This document shows positions 48,394 to 57,499 of a stretch of DNA of 64,000 nucleotides, one piece after another. The notes beneath the pieces were generated by a model. The model was given only the letters and a program-made list of their open reading frames with translations, did not search any database and was not told where the DNA came from. How positions within the stretch are numbered: the first letter of the stretch is position 1; the number at the start of each line of letters is the position of its first letter. Both the position numbers and the translations under genes were made by a program. This stretch comes from Verrucomicrobiota bacterium (GTDB lineage: Bacteria; Verrucomicrobiota; Verrucomicrobiia; Limisphaerales; Palsa-1400), in contig JBEKYR010000012.1 of assembly GCA_049510745.1 (NCBI GenBank), positions 64,001-128,000 on the forward strand, written 5' to 3'.

Positions 48394-49344
48394 TTATATC
48401 GGGGCTTTTCCGCCGGCCATTTGGGCCAGGAGGCGGTCATTCAATTCCCGGGCCGAATTGCGGCCCGATTTCTTGAGTTTGATTTGAAACGCCGCCACTT
48501 CGATCAGCCGCGCCAGATCGCGTCCGGGCCGGACGGGGATCGTGATATGCGGGACCGGCACGCCGAGAATTCTGACAAATTCCTGCTCCATGCCGACGCG
48601 GTCCACGTCGGTCACCTCTTCCCACTGTTTGAGAGAGATAACCAGATCGACGGTTTTCTCGGAGCGGATGCTGCGGACGCCGAACATATCGGCCACGTTG
48701 ATGATGCCGATGCCGCGGACTTCCATGTGGTTGCGGGTCACTCCGGCGCCGGTGCCGAGAATCTCGCGTCCGTCCAACAGAGTGACGCGGGTGACATCGT
48801 CGGAAACCAGGCTGTAGCCGCGTTCGATCAGGGCCAGGACGCTTTCACTTTTGCCGATGCCGCTTTCGCCGCGGATGATGACGCCGACGCCGAGGATATC
48901 GACCATGCTGCCCATCTCGCTGGCGCGCGGGGCGAAGAGCATTTCCAGGGCGATGGTGGCGCGGTTGATGAACTTCATGGTGATCATCGGGGTGACGAAG
49001 ATGGGCACCTGGGCCTTCTCGGCGGCGCGGAGGAAGAGTTTTTCCGGGACGAGGTTGCGGGAGAAGATGACGCCGGGAATCCTGTAGGAAAACAAATTGG
49101 CGTAGCGTTTCTCGCGATCGGCGGCGGAGAGGGTTTTGAGGAACCAGGACTCGGCGTTGCCGATGACCTGCAGGCGTTTGTTGGCGAAGTAGCGCGTAAA
49201 CCCGGCCAGCGCCAAGCCCGGGCGGTTGACCGTCGGTTCGCGGATAATGCGCTTGAGGCCCGTGGCCCCCGCCACCAATCTCAAGGGCAGGTTGGGGGAT
49301 TGGTCGGTGTAAAACCGCTCGACTGTTATTGTATCACGCTGCAT
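48394..49344 (-). CDS. hprK: HPr(Ser) kinase/phosphorylase
   Basis: NRPGLALAG, GESGIGKSE, LVSDD, MEVRGIGII, PVRPGR. Confidence 0.94.
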   Translation of the reverse strand: MQRDTITVERFYTDQSPNLPLRLVAGATGLKRIIREPTVNRPGLALAGFTRYFANKRLQVIGNAESWFLKTLSAADREKRYANLFSYRIPGVIFSRNLVPEKLFLRAAEKAQVPIFVTPMITMKFINRATIALEMLFAPRASEMGSMVDILGVGVIIRGESGIGKSESVLALIERGYSLVSDDVTRVTLLDGREILGTGAGVTRNHMEVRGIGIINVADMFGVRSIRSEKTVDLVISLKQWEEVTDVDRVGMEQEFVRILGVPVPHITIPVRPGRDLARLIEVAAFQIKLKKSGRNSARELNDRLLAQMAGGKAPI

Positions 49345-49404
49345 GGGGAAGGGATGATAGGGGAAGGGGGGCGGCAAGTCAGCCACAAAGTGGACGCCCG
49401 CCGC

Positions 49405-50205
49405 TCACAAATTAAACTCCGGCCCCAAATAAATCTCGCGCGCTTTCGGGTCGTCGGGCATGTCCGGCCCCAATCCTTCGTACACGACCTGGCCGTGGTG
49501 GATCAAATAGGCGCGGTCCACCAACTTGAGCGTCTCACGGGCGTCGTGGTCGGTGACCAAGATGCCCAGGCCGCGTTCCTTGAGGCGGCGGATGATTTTT
49601 TGCACTTCATACTTGGCGATGGGGTCGATGCCGCTGAAGGGTTCGTCCAAGAGCAGCAATTTGGGGCTGGTCACAAGGGCGCGCGTGATTTCCAGCCGGC
49701 GTTTCTCGCCGCCGCTCAGGGTGTAGGCCTTGCTTTTGGCCAGGCGGGCCAGGTCCAGTTCGTCCAGGAGCGATTGGAGCCGCAATTGCCGCTCCTTGGC
49801 GCCGAGGGCGCAGGTTTCCAAAATCGCCAGGATGTTTTGCTCGACGGTCAGTTTGCGGAAGACCGACGGTTCCTGTGTCAAATATCCAATGCCCAGCCGG
49901 GCGCGCTTGTGCATCGGCAGCCTGGTGATGTCTTTGCCTTGAAACGCCACTTTGCCTTCGTCCGGCTTGACGATGCCGACGACGATGTTGAAGGTCGTGG
50001 TTTTGCCGGCGCCGTTGGGTCCGAGCAGTCCGACAATTTCGCCGGCGTTGACGAAAATGGAAACGCCGTTGACCACCCGGCGGTCGTTGTATTTCTTGAC
50101 CAATTTGTAGGTCGAAAGCAGCGGGACGGCTGTGTCAACGGCCACCGCGGGCGCCGGAGTATTCTTCCGCAACACCGGTTTGGTTTCTGGATTTGGCTCG
50201 CTCAT
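49405..50205 (-). CDS. lptB: LPS export ABC transporter ATP-binding protein
   Basis: GPNGAGKTT, GYLTQEPSVFRKLTV, LSGGEKRRLEI, LLDEPFSGIDP, TDH, YLG. Confidence 0.94.
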   Translation of the reverse strand: MSEPNPETKPVLRKNTPAPAVAVDTAVPLLSTYKLVKKYNDRRVVNGVSIFVNAGEIVGLLGPNGAGKTTTFNIVVGIVKPDEGKVAFQGKDITRLPMHKRARLGIGYLTQEPSVFRKLTVEQNILAILETCALGAKERQLRLQSLLDELDLARLAKSKAYTLSGGEKRRLEITRALVTSPKLLLLDEPFSGIDPIAKYEVQKIIRRLKERGLGILVTDHDARETLKLVDRAYLIHHGQVVYEGLGPDMPDDPKAREIYLGPEFNL

Positions 50206-50208
50206 GCC

Positions 50209-52164
50209 TTAGGGGGAAGGTTGATTGGTTTTGGCCTTGATGGGAATGATATTATAGCGGCCAACGGCCTGAAAACGGTTCGTCTTCGACTGCCAAATCA
50301 GGCAGTCGGAGTTCGAAATAATGTAGCTTTCGGTGCGGGCGACGGGAGTGCCGGTGAGTGTGACGCGGTCGTTGGTCGCGGCATAGACGGCCCGGTCGCC
50401 GGTGGCATGCATGAGTCGGGCCGCCTGCCATTGATCGAGAACGACATCGCGCTCGGCCACGGCTTGTTCCATCCGGTTTGTCACCGGCGAAAATTGCGCG
50501 GTCGCCACCGCCGCTGTCAACTGATTGGTCGCCGCTTTGGGGCCGGTCCCGAAAGCGGCCAGCACGACGTTGGTCTCGGCGGCGAGGTCCTTGAGCAAGC
50601 CGGTGGCGGGCGAGCGGTGCGCGGTAAGCACGGCGCAGGAGATGGTTTTGATCACGCCCGCGAAGTTGGGCGCGGTCTGGCCGCGGACATGGCCTCGGGC
50701 GACGGCCTCGACCACCTGGTTGCTTTCCAGCGTGACCACGAGAAGATCGCAAGCCAGCGTGTCGCGAAGCGTGTCTCCTTCGAGAAGCCGCGCGACCACG
50801 TGCTCGTGAAAGGTCGCCAGGTTGGTTTGATAGTCGAGGTCGGTGGAAGTGATGATAAGCCACTGGGTGGCGGAGCGGTTGGAGGACGGGGCGGCGTTGG
50901 TCTTGGCGGTCCCGGCGAGGTTGAGTTTAAGTTGGGCGCCGCCGCGGGCGTGATAGAGCTTGTTGGTCAACTCCGCCCGCAGCACCCGGCCCTTGACTTC
51001 CAATTGGTCGTTCCACCAAACCGGGTTTTCAGTCAATTCGAAGGAATCGTTGGTCCGCGCATAGACGGCGCGCCCGCCGGTGGCGCGGCTGTGATCGGCC
51101 TCGTTGACAATGAGGACATTGCCGGTGGCGGTCATGCTTTCCACCGGGCCGTTGGTGGGCGGCCACTGCAAGGCGGCGAAGTCTGCGAACAATTCGCGGA
51201 AAGCGTTGGTGTCGGCAACGGGCGCGGCGCCGGGCGGCGGGCGGTTCGTGCCTGGCGCGGCATTGGGCCAGCGGACGTAAACGTGATTGGAGCCGGTGAG
51301 ATAATGGCGCGCGCTGTCGTATAGAAAGCATCCGGCCCAGGCCTGCTCGTCGCCGTTTTGCCAGGCGGCGTCGCCGGTCAATTCCATCATTTCGCCGGCG
51401 TCGGCCAGGTAATAAAACGCCCGATTGCCGGTGGCGCGGCCCTTGTTGGTGGTGGTGATGACGACGTCGCGCCGGGCCAGAATCGTGTCAACGGCGCCAT
51501 TGGTGGTGAGTTGGACGGTCATGAGTTCGGAGGTCATGTCCATCTGCGGATCGATCACGTGAACGTGGCGCGAGTAATCGATCCGGTTGGACTGGTAATC
51601 GAATTGGCCGGCACCGGAGAAAATCCACACGATCTGCCCGGCGGCGGACGGCCCGTTGGACGGCCCGCCGGCAAGGAGCGGGGTCTTGAGCAGGGCCTTG
51701 AGCACGCGCGTTTCGACGTCGTTGGAAATGGCGACGATGTGGTTGGATTCAGTAAAGAAGAAACCATCGCCCTGCACGAAGACGTTGGTGGTCGGCGTGA
51801 AGAGCACCAGGTGGCCCTCGTCCCAGGCCTCTTTGCCGACGTTGTCGATGTGGCAGGCCGGGGCCTGGGCGATCAATTGCACCTGGTTGGCCTGCCCGTT
51901 CCGGTAAGATTTCATCTCGAAGGGAGTGGCCAGGACATCCCGGTCCGAGAGCCGGTTCCAGTTCGAGGCCGTCAAGACAGTGTCAAGCATCTTGCCTTGC
52001 GGAGTGTCGCGGTAGAAGATCATCGAGGCGTTGCCGCCCAGATGGTCCTCGGGGGCGGCGCGGGCGTGAACGGCGGCGCAGACCCAGGCCAGAAGAAGAA
52101 ACAAAGGCGGGAGGAGGCGCCGCCGCGCTGCCGTGCCGGCGGCGTGAGAACGGCGGGTTTTCAT
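50209..52164 (-). CDS. Large LptC/LptA (OstA)-like multi beta-jellyroll protein
   Basis: Lies between kdsA and lptB; signal/TM segment; repeated A.G.V...ATG.RA.Y......LTG.P units. Confidence 0.72.
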   Translation of the reverse strand: MKTRRSHAAGTAARRRLLPPLFLLLAWVCAAVHARAAPEDHLGGNASMIFYRDTPQGKMLDTVLTASNWNRLSDRDVLATPFEMKSYRNGQANQVQLIAQAPACHIDNVGKEAWDEGHLVLFTPTTNVFVQGDGFFFTESNHIVAISNDVETRVLKALLKTPLLAGGPSNGPSAAGQIVWIFSGAGQFDYQSNRIDYSRHVHVIDPQMDMTSELMTVQLTTNGAVDTILARRDVVITTTNKGRATGNRAFYYLADAGEMMELTGDAAWQNGDEQAWAGCFLYDSARHYLTGSNHVYVRWPNAAPGTNRPPPGAAPVADTNAFRELFADFAALQWPPTNGPVESMTATGNVLIVNEADHSRATGGRAVYARTNDSFELTENPVWWNDQLEVKGRVLRAELTNKLYHARGGAQLKLNLAGTAKTNAAPSSNRSATQWLIITSTDLDYQTNLATFHEHVVARLLEGDTLRDTLACDLLVVTLESNQVVEAVARGHVRGQTAPNFAGVIKTISCAVLTAHRSPATGLLKDLAAETNVVLAAFGTGPKAATNQLTAAVATAQFSPVTNRMEQAVAERDVVLDQWQAARLMHATGDRAVYAATNDRVTLTGTPVARTESYIISNSDCLIWQSKTNRFQAVGRYNIIPIKAKTNQPSP

Positions 52165-52994
52165 TGGCTGGCCGGCAAAGCGCGGAGAGCGGCGTGCAAC
52201 CTGGCCAACCCGGCCAGAAGCCGCGCCATCTGGTGGAGCGGAATCATATTGGGACCGTCGCTCAGGGCGTGGTCCGGATCGGGATGCGTTTCGATGAACA
52301 GGCCGTCGGCGCCCGCGGCCAGGGCGCAACGGGCCAGCACCGGCGCCATCTCGCGCTCGCCGCCGGAGCGGTCGCCGCCCGCCCCGGGCAGTTGCACCGA
52401 ATGCGTCGCGTCGAAGATCACGGGGAATCCGAACTGGCGCAGAATCGGGATGGAGCGCATGTCCACCACCAGATTGTTATAGCCGAAAGTCGTGCCGCGC
52501 TCGGTCACCAGCAGTTTATGGCCGCCCGCGCCGGCGGCCTTCTTGATGACCTGACCCATTTCCTGGGGAGACAGGAACTGGCCCTTTTTCAAGTTGACGA
52601 TCTTGCCCGTGCGCACGGCGGCGGCGATCAAATCGGTTTGGCGGCACAAAAAGGCCGGGATTTGGAGAATATCGACGGCGTTGGCGGCGGCGCGCGCCTG
52701 CTCCTCGGTGTGGACATCGGTCAGGACGGGAACGCCGAGTCGGGCGCGAATCCGGGCCAGGACCTCCAGACCGGCCTGCAGGCCGGGACCGCGGAAGGAT
52801 TGGCCGGAGGACCGGTTGGCCTTGTCGTAGCTGGCCTTGAAAATGTAGTTCAGGCCCAGCCGGCGGCAGGTTTTGCGCAGCGACACCGCCACTTCGAAGC
52901 AAAGCTCCTCCGATTCGATGACGCACGGGCCGGCGATCAAAGTCAATTGCTTTGACCGTCGCAACGAATTCCAAATGGCGGTGTCACTGAGCAT
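52161..52994 (-). CDS. kdsA: KDO8P synthase
   Basis: AGPCVIE, FKASYDKANRSS, QIPAFLCRQTD, KKGQF, ERG, DATHSVQ, ETHPDP, SDG. Confidence 0.96.
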   Translation of the reverse strand: MLSDTAIWNSLRRSKQLTLIAGPCVIESEELCFEVAVSLRKTCRRLGLNYIFKASYDKANRSSGQSFRGPGLQAGLEVLARIRARLGVPVLTDVHTEEQARAAANAVDILQIPAFLCRQTDLIAAAVRTGKIVNLKKGQFLSPQEMGQVIKKAAGAGGHKLLVTERGTTFGYNNLVVDMRSIPILRQFGFPVIFDATHSVQLPGAGGDRSGGEREMAPVLARCALAAGADGLFIETHPDPDHALSDGPNMIPLHQMARLLAGLARLHAALRALPASQ

Positions 52995-53339
52995 GTCCGT
53001 GTCTCTGCCTCTGTTTTATGGGAAAAGAGCGGCCACCGCAAGAGCGCTTGCGCCGGACCACTGCCGGCGCAGTTCCAGGCTGATCCAATTGGACTGTGAA
53101 TCCGCGCGTCTGTCCGGCTTTCAGTTTGGAATTGAAAACTCACCGCCAGACCGTAGGCTCGGCTGCGAATGCCGGACCTGAATTATCAGCGAATGATCAT
53201 TGGCTGTTTCCGGCCCAATCCGAGTTCTTACCTGGCAGAACGTTGAACGCGAGGCCCTGGGGCGAGTTTCCGATCCAGAGAACGAAAGGGGCGCCCCCGG
53301 ACAGTTGCCGGAGGCACGGGCTGAAGTCAGAAGCGGCAT

Positions 53340-53525
53340 TCAGCCGCCGTATTCTTTCGCCAGTTTTCCGTCAGTTGTGTAAATGCCGGACGCGATCAAG
53401 GACTGGAAACCTTCCTTTGGGGCCATTCCGCGGACTCGCTTCAGAACGCGCTCATGCAACTCCAACAACTCTTTCCTGGAAAGGACTGAGCCGTTTGCTT
53501 CGGGCCTCTTTGTCTTTGTTGTCAT
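53340..53525 (-). CDS. Small hypothetical protein (possible orphan antitoxin-like)
   Basis: 61 aa ending LIASGIYTTDGKLAKEYGG, in an AT-richer intergenic patch. Confidence 0.5.
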   Translation of the reverse strand: MTTKTKRPEANGSVLSRKELLELHERVLKRVRGMAPKEGFQSLIASGIYTTDGKLAKEYGG

Positions 53526-53631
53526 TCGTATTTGAACGGTTCCGTTGAGAACCAGTTCACTGGCAAAATATCTCCGTTTCCGGTCGGAAGTCAACTCTGC
53601 GTCCAGAATTGTTTCGCGCGCCGCCCTGAGC

Positions 53632-55734
53632 TTACCGGCTCCCGCTTGGCGCGGCGGGCCGGGGACTCTGGGCCGGCAGGCGGCAAATAACATTGTTGAC
53701 GCTGTCGGCGATGTAGAGATTCCCCTTCGCGTCCACCGCGATGGCGGACGGATCCGCGAACGGGCCGCCGGCCGCGCCGGTCAACGACACGGGCGGCAGC
53801 CTGGTCATCTTGCCGTCCGGCAAGATTTTGTGGAGGCCCGCCGCGTCCGTGACATAGACCGAGCCGAGGCCATCGACGGCGACGTTCTCCGGAGCGGAAA
53901 GAGCCGGGGCAAAAGTGGTGGTTTCACTGGCGGGAGTGATTTTGCGGATGGCGTTGTTGGAACTGTCGGCGACATAGACGTTGCCGGCGTGATCGACGGC
54001 CACCCCGTGCGGATCGCCAAACCGGGCGTAGCCGCCGAAGCCGTTGGCGAAGCCCGGTTTTGCGGGCGAACCGGCGCAGGTGCTGACCCGGCCGCCGGGT
54101 GTGACCTCGCGAATGGTGAAATTGCTTTTGTCGCTGACATAGACGTTGCCCGTGCGGTCCACCGCCAACGCCCAGGGATTGCGGAAATGGGCGTCGGCGC
54201 CGACGCCGTTCTCGCTGCCGGGATAATTGGCCGCGCCGGCCAGGGTCGTGACCGTGCCGTCGGGCGTGATTTTGCGGATCGTGTCGGTGGCGAATTCGGC
54301 CACATAGACGTTGCCCAGGCTGTCCACCGCGATGCCCAGCGGCGCCAGGAAGCGCGCGGCGGCGGCAGCGCCGTCGGTTTCGCCCGGTTTGCCCGCCGCT
54401 CCGGCCACGGTGCTGACCAGGCCGTCGGGCGTGATTTTGCGGATGGTGTTGTTGCCGGTGTCCGCCACAAAAAGGTTCCCGGCGCTGTCAACAGCAATTC
54501 CGCCCGGCGATTGGAAGCGCGCGGCGGTCCCGGGGCCGTCCGCGCTCCCCGGCGCGCCGAGCCGCCCGGCGATGATCGGGGACGGGCCGCCTGTCGGGAC
54601 GGCCGGAAAGCTGGGCTGGATGACTACCGGCGGCGCGGAGGTCGGGACCGGCTGGGCGGGGCGGGCCACTTTCGCGGGCGGCGCAGGCCAAGTGCTCCAC
54701 AGCGCCAGCGCCAACAAGGCCAGGCCGGCGGGAATCCAAATGGCGGAAGGAATCCGCCGGACGCGCCGGACCAGGCCGTGCGGCCCGACCGGCGGTTTGC
54801 CTTGTTGGATGCGTTCCAAATCGGCCAGAACGTCGGCCATGTCGGCGTAACGGTCGCGCAATTCGCGCGCCATGGCGCCTTCGGCCACAGCGGTCAAGCC
54901 CGCGTCGGCCGCGGGTTGGCGGGTCTTGATGGGGGTGGGCGGGCCGGCCAGGATTTGGCGGCGGATGTCGCTGGTGCTGCGTCCGGCGTAAGGCGGTTCG
55001 CCAGTGAGCATTTCGTAGAGCAGCGCGCCAAAGGCGTAAATATCGCAACGGGTGTCCTCCGCGTTGCCGGCGGCCACCCCCGGGGACATATAGGGGGCGG
55101 TGCCTTCGATCTGCTCCCGCTCTACGTCAACAATAGTGTCGTTGAACAAGGTCCGCGCCAGTCCGAAGTCGGCCAGGCAGGCGGCTTCGCCGGGGCCGAG
55201 CAGGATGTTGGCGGGCTTGAGATCGCGGTGAATGATGCCACGGCGATGCGCGAATTGCAGCCCGTCGGCCACGTGCCGGGCAATCTCCAGGGCCGCGCCG
55301 GGCTCGAGGGGTTGTCCGGGCTTGAGGCGCTGGGCCAGGCTGCCGCGCTCAAAGAAGGGCATGACGAAATAGGGGCCTTGCGCCCGGTCGGAAACTTCCA
55401 GGACGGGCACGACGTTTTTGTGGCGCAGCTTTTGCAGGTGGCCGGCTTCCTTGACGAAGCGATGGACGATTTGCTGATTGGGCGCCAGCTCGGGCCGGAT
55501 CATTTTGATGGCAACGTCGCGACCGGTCTCGGTGTCGCGCGCCATGAGAACGACTCCCATGCCGCCGCCGCCGAGCACGCGCAGCACTTCGTAGCGGGCC
55601 AGGGTGGCCAGCAGGCCGGGGCGGCTGGGCGGCGAAAGCAAGCGATGGCCGACCAGTTCGGCAATGGGTCCGGCGAAGGCCGAAACCGGCGGCGTAAAGG
55701 CGGAAGGCTGCTGGTTGGAAGGTTCGTTGCTCAT
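53632..55734 (-). CDS. Membrane Ser/Thr protein kinase with extracytoplasmic NHL-repeat beta-propeller
   Basis: GGGGMGVV, VAIK, HRDLKPAN, DFG; TM segment WIPAGLALLALALW; repeated P.GIAVD..GN.YVAD..N..IRKITP. Confidence 0.92.
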   Translation of the reverse strand: MSNEPSNQQPSAFTPPVSAFAGPIAELVGHRLLSPPSRPGLLATLARYEVLRVLGGGGMGVVLMARDTETGRDVAIKMIRPELAPNQQIVHRFVKEAGHLQKLRHKNVVPVLEVSDRAQGPYFVMPFFERGSLAQRLKPGQPLEPGAALEIARHVADGLQFAHRRGIIHRDLKPANILLGPGEAACLADFGLARTLFNDTIVDVEREQIEGTAPYMSPGVAAGNAEDTRCDIYAFGALLYEMLTGEPPYAGRSTSDIRRQILAGPPTPIKTRQPAADAGLTAVAEGAMARELRDRYADMADVLADLERIQQGKPPVGPHGLVRRVRRIPSAIWIPAGLALLALALWSTWPAPPAKVARPAQPVPTSAPPVVIQPSFPAVPTGGPSPIIAGRLGAPGSADGPGTAARFQSPGGIAVDSAGNLFVADTGNNTIRKITPDGLVSTVAGAAGKPGETDGAAAAARFLAPLGIAVDSLGNVYVAEFATDTIRKITPDGTVTTLAGAANYPGSENGVGADAHFRNPWALAVDRTGNVYVSDKSNFTIREVTPGGRVSTCAGSPAKPGFANGFGGYARFGDPHGVAVDHAGNVYVADSSNNAIRKITPASETTTFAPALSAPENVAVDGLGSVYVTDAAGLHKILPDGKMTRLPPVSLTGAAGGPFADPSAIAVDAKGNLYIADSVNNVICRLPAQSPRPAAPSGSR

Positions 55735-56276
55735 GGTGTGGCGGCGCTGGCGGGGCCGGGCGGGGAAAGTTTTTGCAGGCCTTGGGCGAGCAATTGCTGG
55801 ATGGGCGGATCGACCCACCGCTGGTCTTTGGCCCAAGTGAAGCCCCGCCGCAATTCCGCGTCGTTAAGCTGGGAAATCCGCTGGTCCAGCCGCACCAACC
55901 CGGCGGCGATGCTGGTGTAATAGAGCACGGCGGCCACTTCCTTGGGCAGGATGCTGTCCGGGTGGTCCATGTTGGTCTTGGCGAATTCCTTTGTCAGCGT
56001 GAGCAATTCGACCGGCGGGACGGGGTGAAGGAACAACTCCAAAAAACTTTTCAGCAGCAGGCTCTGGGCGTTGCTGAGCGTCTTGAGGCGGCCCGCGGTG
56101 GCCGGATCGAATCCGCCCAGGTCCACCAGGATGGGAGCCGAGAGTTGATGGCGGAAAATGGCGCCCAACTCGTCGGTACGCCAGAGCCGGGCGCGCTCGT
56201 CCCCCGCCGCCATGAAGGCGGCAAGGCTTTTGGGCGCGCTCTTGGACAAAGCGTCGGCGGTGTCAAATTCGGACAT
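55731..56276 (-). CDS. Hypothetical helical protein between ECF sigma and kinase
   Basis: 181-aa ORF; its stop overlaps the kinase ATG. Confidence 0.7.
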   Translation of the reverse strand: MSEFDTADALSKSAPKSLAAFMAAGDERARLWRTDELGAIFRHQLSAPILVDLGGFDPATAGRLKTLSNAQSLLLKSFLELFLHPVPPVELLTLTKEFAKTNMDHPDSILPKEVAAVLYYTSIAAGLVRLDQRISQLNDAELRRGFTWAKDQRWVDPPIQQLLAQGLQKLSPPGPASAATP

Positions 56277-56370
56277 ATAACTTGGACAGGCTCGACCCGC
56301 CTTTGGGCGGATTTGTCCCCTCGATTGCCAATACGGCCCGCTGGATGGAATCTTGCGCGCGCATTTTCAT

Positions 56371-57108
56371 TCAAGTTCGCCCGGCCAGCCCCGTGACAAA
56401 TTGCTCCAGCGCCTGGATTTCCGCCGCCGCGGCGGCGTCCTGCCCGGCGTAATCCTTGATCACGCGGGTCAGGTGCGCCTTGAAAATCCGTTTGGCGGTC
56501 AGGAGCATGTTCGAGGCGTCGGTCGGGGATTTGAGGCCGAAGCGCTCGATCAACTGTTCATAAGGCGGCTGGGGAGCGTCGTTGAAGATCGGCTCCAGCA
56601 GTCGGATACGGAACATCTCCCAGATGTGGCGGCGGCGGGGCTGCTCGGCGGACGGGTCTTTGCAATCGGCCTCCATGCGGCGCAAGGTCTCGGCCAGCAC
56701 GGTGCGGACCCAAGTCAAGTCAAATTCCTCCGCCGGCGCCTCCGGGCCGGGCAATTCCGCCTCCAACTCGTCGAGCGAAACGGGCGGGCGCTTCACCTCC
56801 GCGCGGTCCAGGCGGTCGAGGACGAAATTGCGCAGGCTGGTTTTGAGAAAATCGCGGAACTGGCCGCGCTCTCGATCGGCGCGTTGCAGCCAGCCTTTTT
56901 TGAGGATTTTATCCTCGGCGAACTCCTGCAGGAGGATGTCCCACTGGTCTTTGAGGCTGGGGAAGGAGGCGGCCAGGTAGATTTTGAGCGGCGGCCAATA
57001 AAGGCGGATGAGGCGGTCCAGCCGGGCCTCGTCGGCCTCGGCCGCCTTCCCCAACTCCGTCCAATCGGTGCGCGGGAAGATGGAACTGGCTGTTGAATCG
57101 GAAGACAT
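56371..57108 (-). CDS. ECF-type sigma factor (kinase-associated, PVC type)
   Basis: FPRTDWTEL, LIRLYWPPL, RADRERGQFRDFLKTSLRNF, FDLTW; C-terminal HTH-like region. Confidence 0.78.
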   Translation of the reverse strand: MSSDSTASSIFPRTDWTELGKAAEADEARLDRLIRLYWPPLKIYLAASFPSLKDQWDILLQEFAEDKILKKGWLQRADRERGQFRDFLKTSLRNFVLDRLDRAEVKRPPVSLDELEAELPGPEAPAEEFDLTWVRTVLAETLRRMEADCKDPSAEQPRRRHIWEMFRIRLLEPIFNDAPQPPYEQLIERFGLKSPTDASNMLLTAKRIFKAHLTRVIKDYAGQDAAAAAEIQALEQFVTGLAGRT

Positions 57109-57236
57109 AGTCGCCCGCGGAGTATTGAAGGGGAGACAGCGAGCCGGGGCAAGCGCAATTCCGGGGGACGCATCCCGGTTTGTGGCAACCATATTGTCAA
57201 TGAGAGGCACTGGCCGGCCGCAGACAGGCCCACAAG

Positions 57237-57366
57237 AATGACGAATGTCTAAGCTCGAATGACGAAACAATGACGAAGCTCGAATGACGAAACTCATGCG
57301 GGTGCAGTTTTCGCCATTGGGTCATTGGAGCATTCTTTAGACATTCGAGCTTAGGCATTAGTCATT
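57237..57366. repeat. Imperfect inverted repeat built from AATGAC(G/T) units
   Basis: Left AATGACGAATGTCTAAGCTCGAATGACGAAACAATG; reverse complement of right arm AATGACTAATGCCTAAGCTCGAATGTCTAAAGAATG. Confidence 0.85.
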
Positions 57367-57499
57367 TTCCCCGGTTGATCGCGGCTTGCCGTCCAGCGGC
57401 ACTGACGAGTGTCCAAGAAGTGATGCGCCCCAACTCAGTTTTCGAAGGTCGTTGTTCGTGACTTTTGCCCGGCAGAGCGGTCTAATTGCATGGTAGGAT

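Noticed and set aside
48421..51324. 967-aa plus-strand ORF
   Set aside because: Antisense shadow of hprK/lptB/lptA-like genes, typical of high-GC DNA; no motifs.
53121..53339. 72-aa ORF as toxin partner of the 53340-53525 protein
   Set aside because: No recognisable motif in any frame; unsupported as a CDS.
53545..55920. 791-aa plus-strand ORF
   Set aside because: Antisense shadow of the kinase gene.
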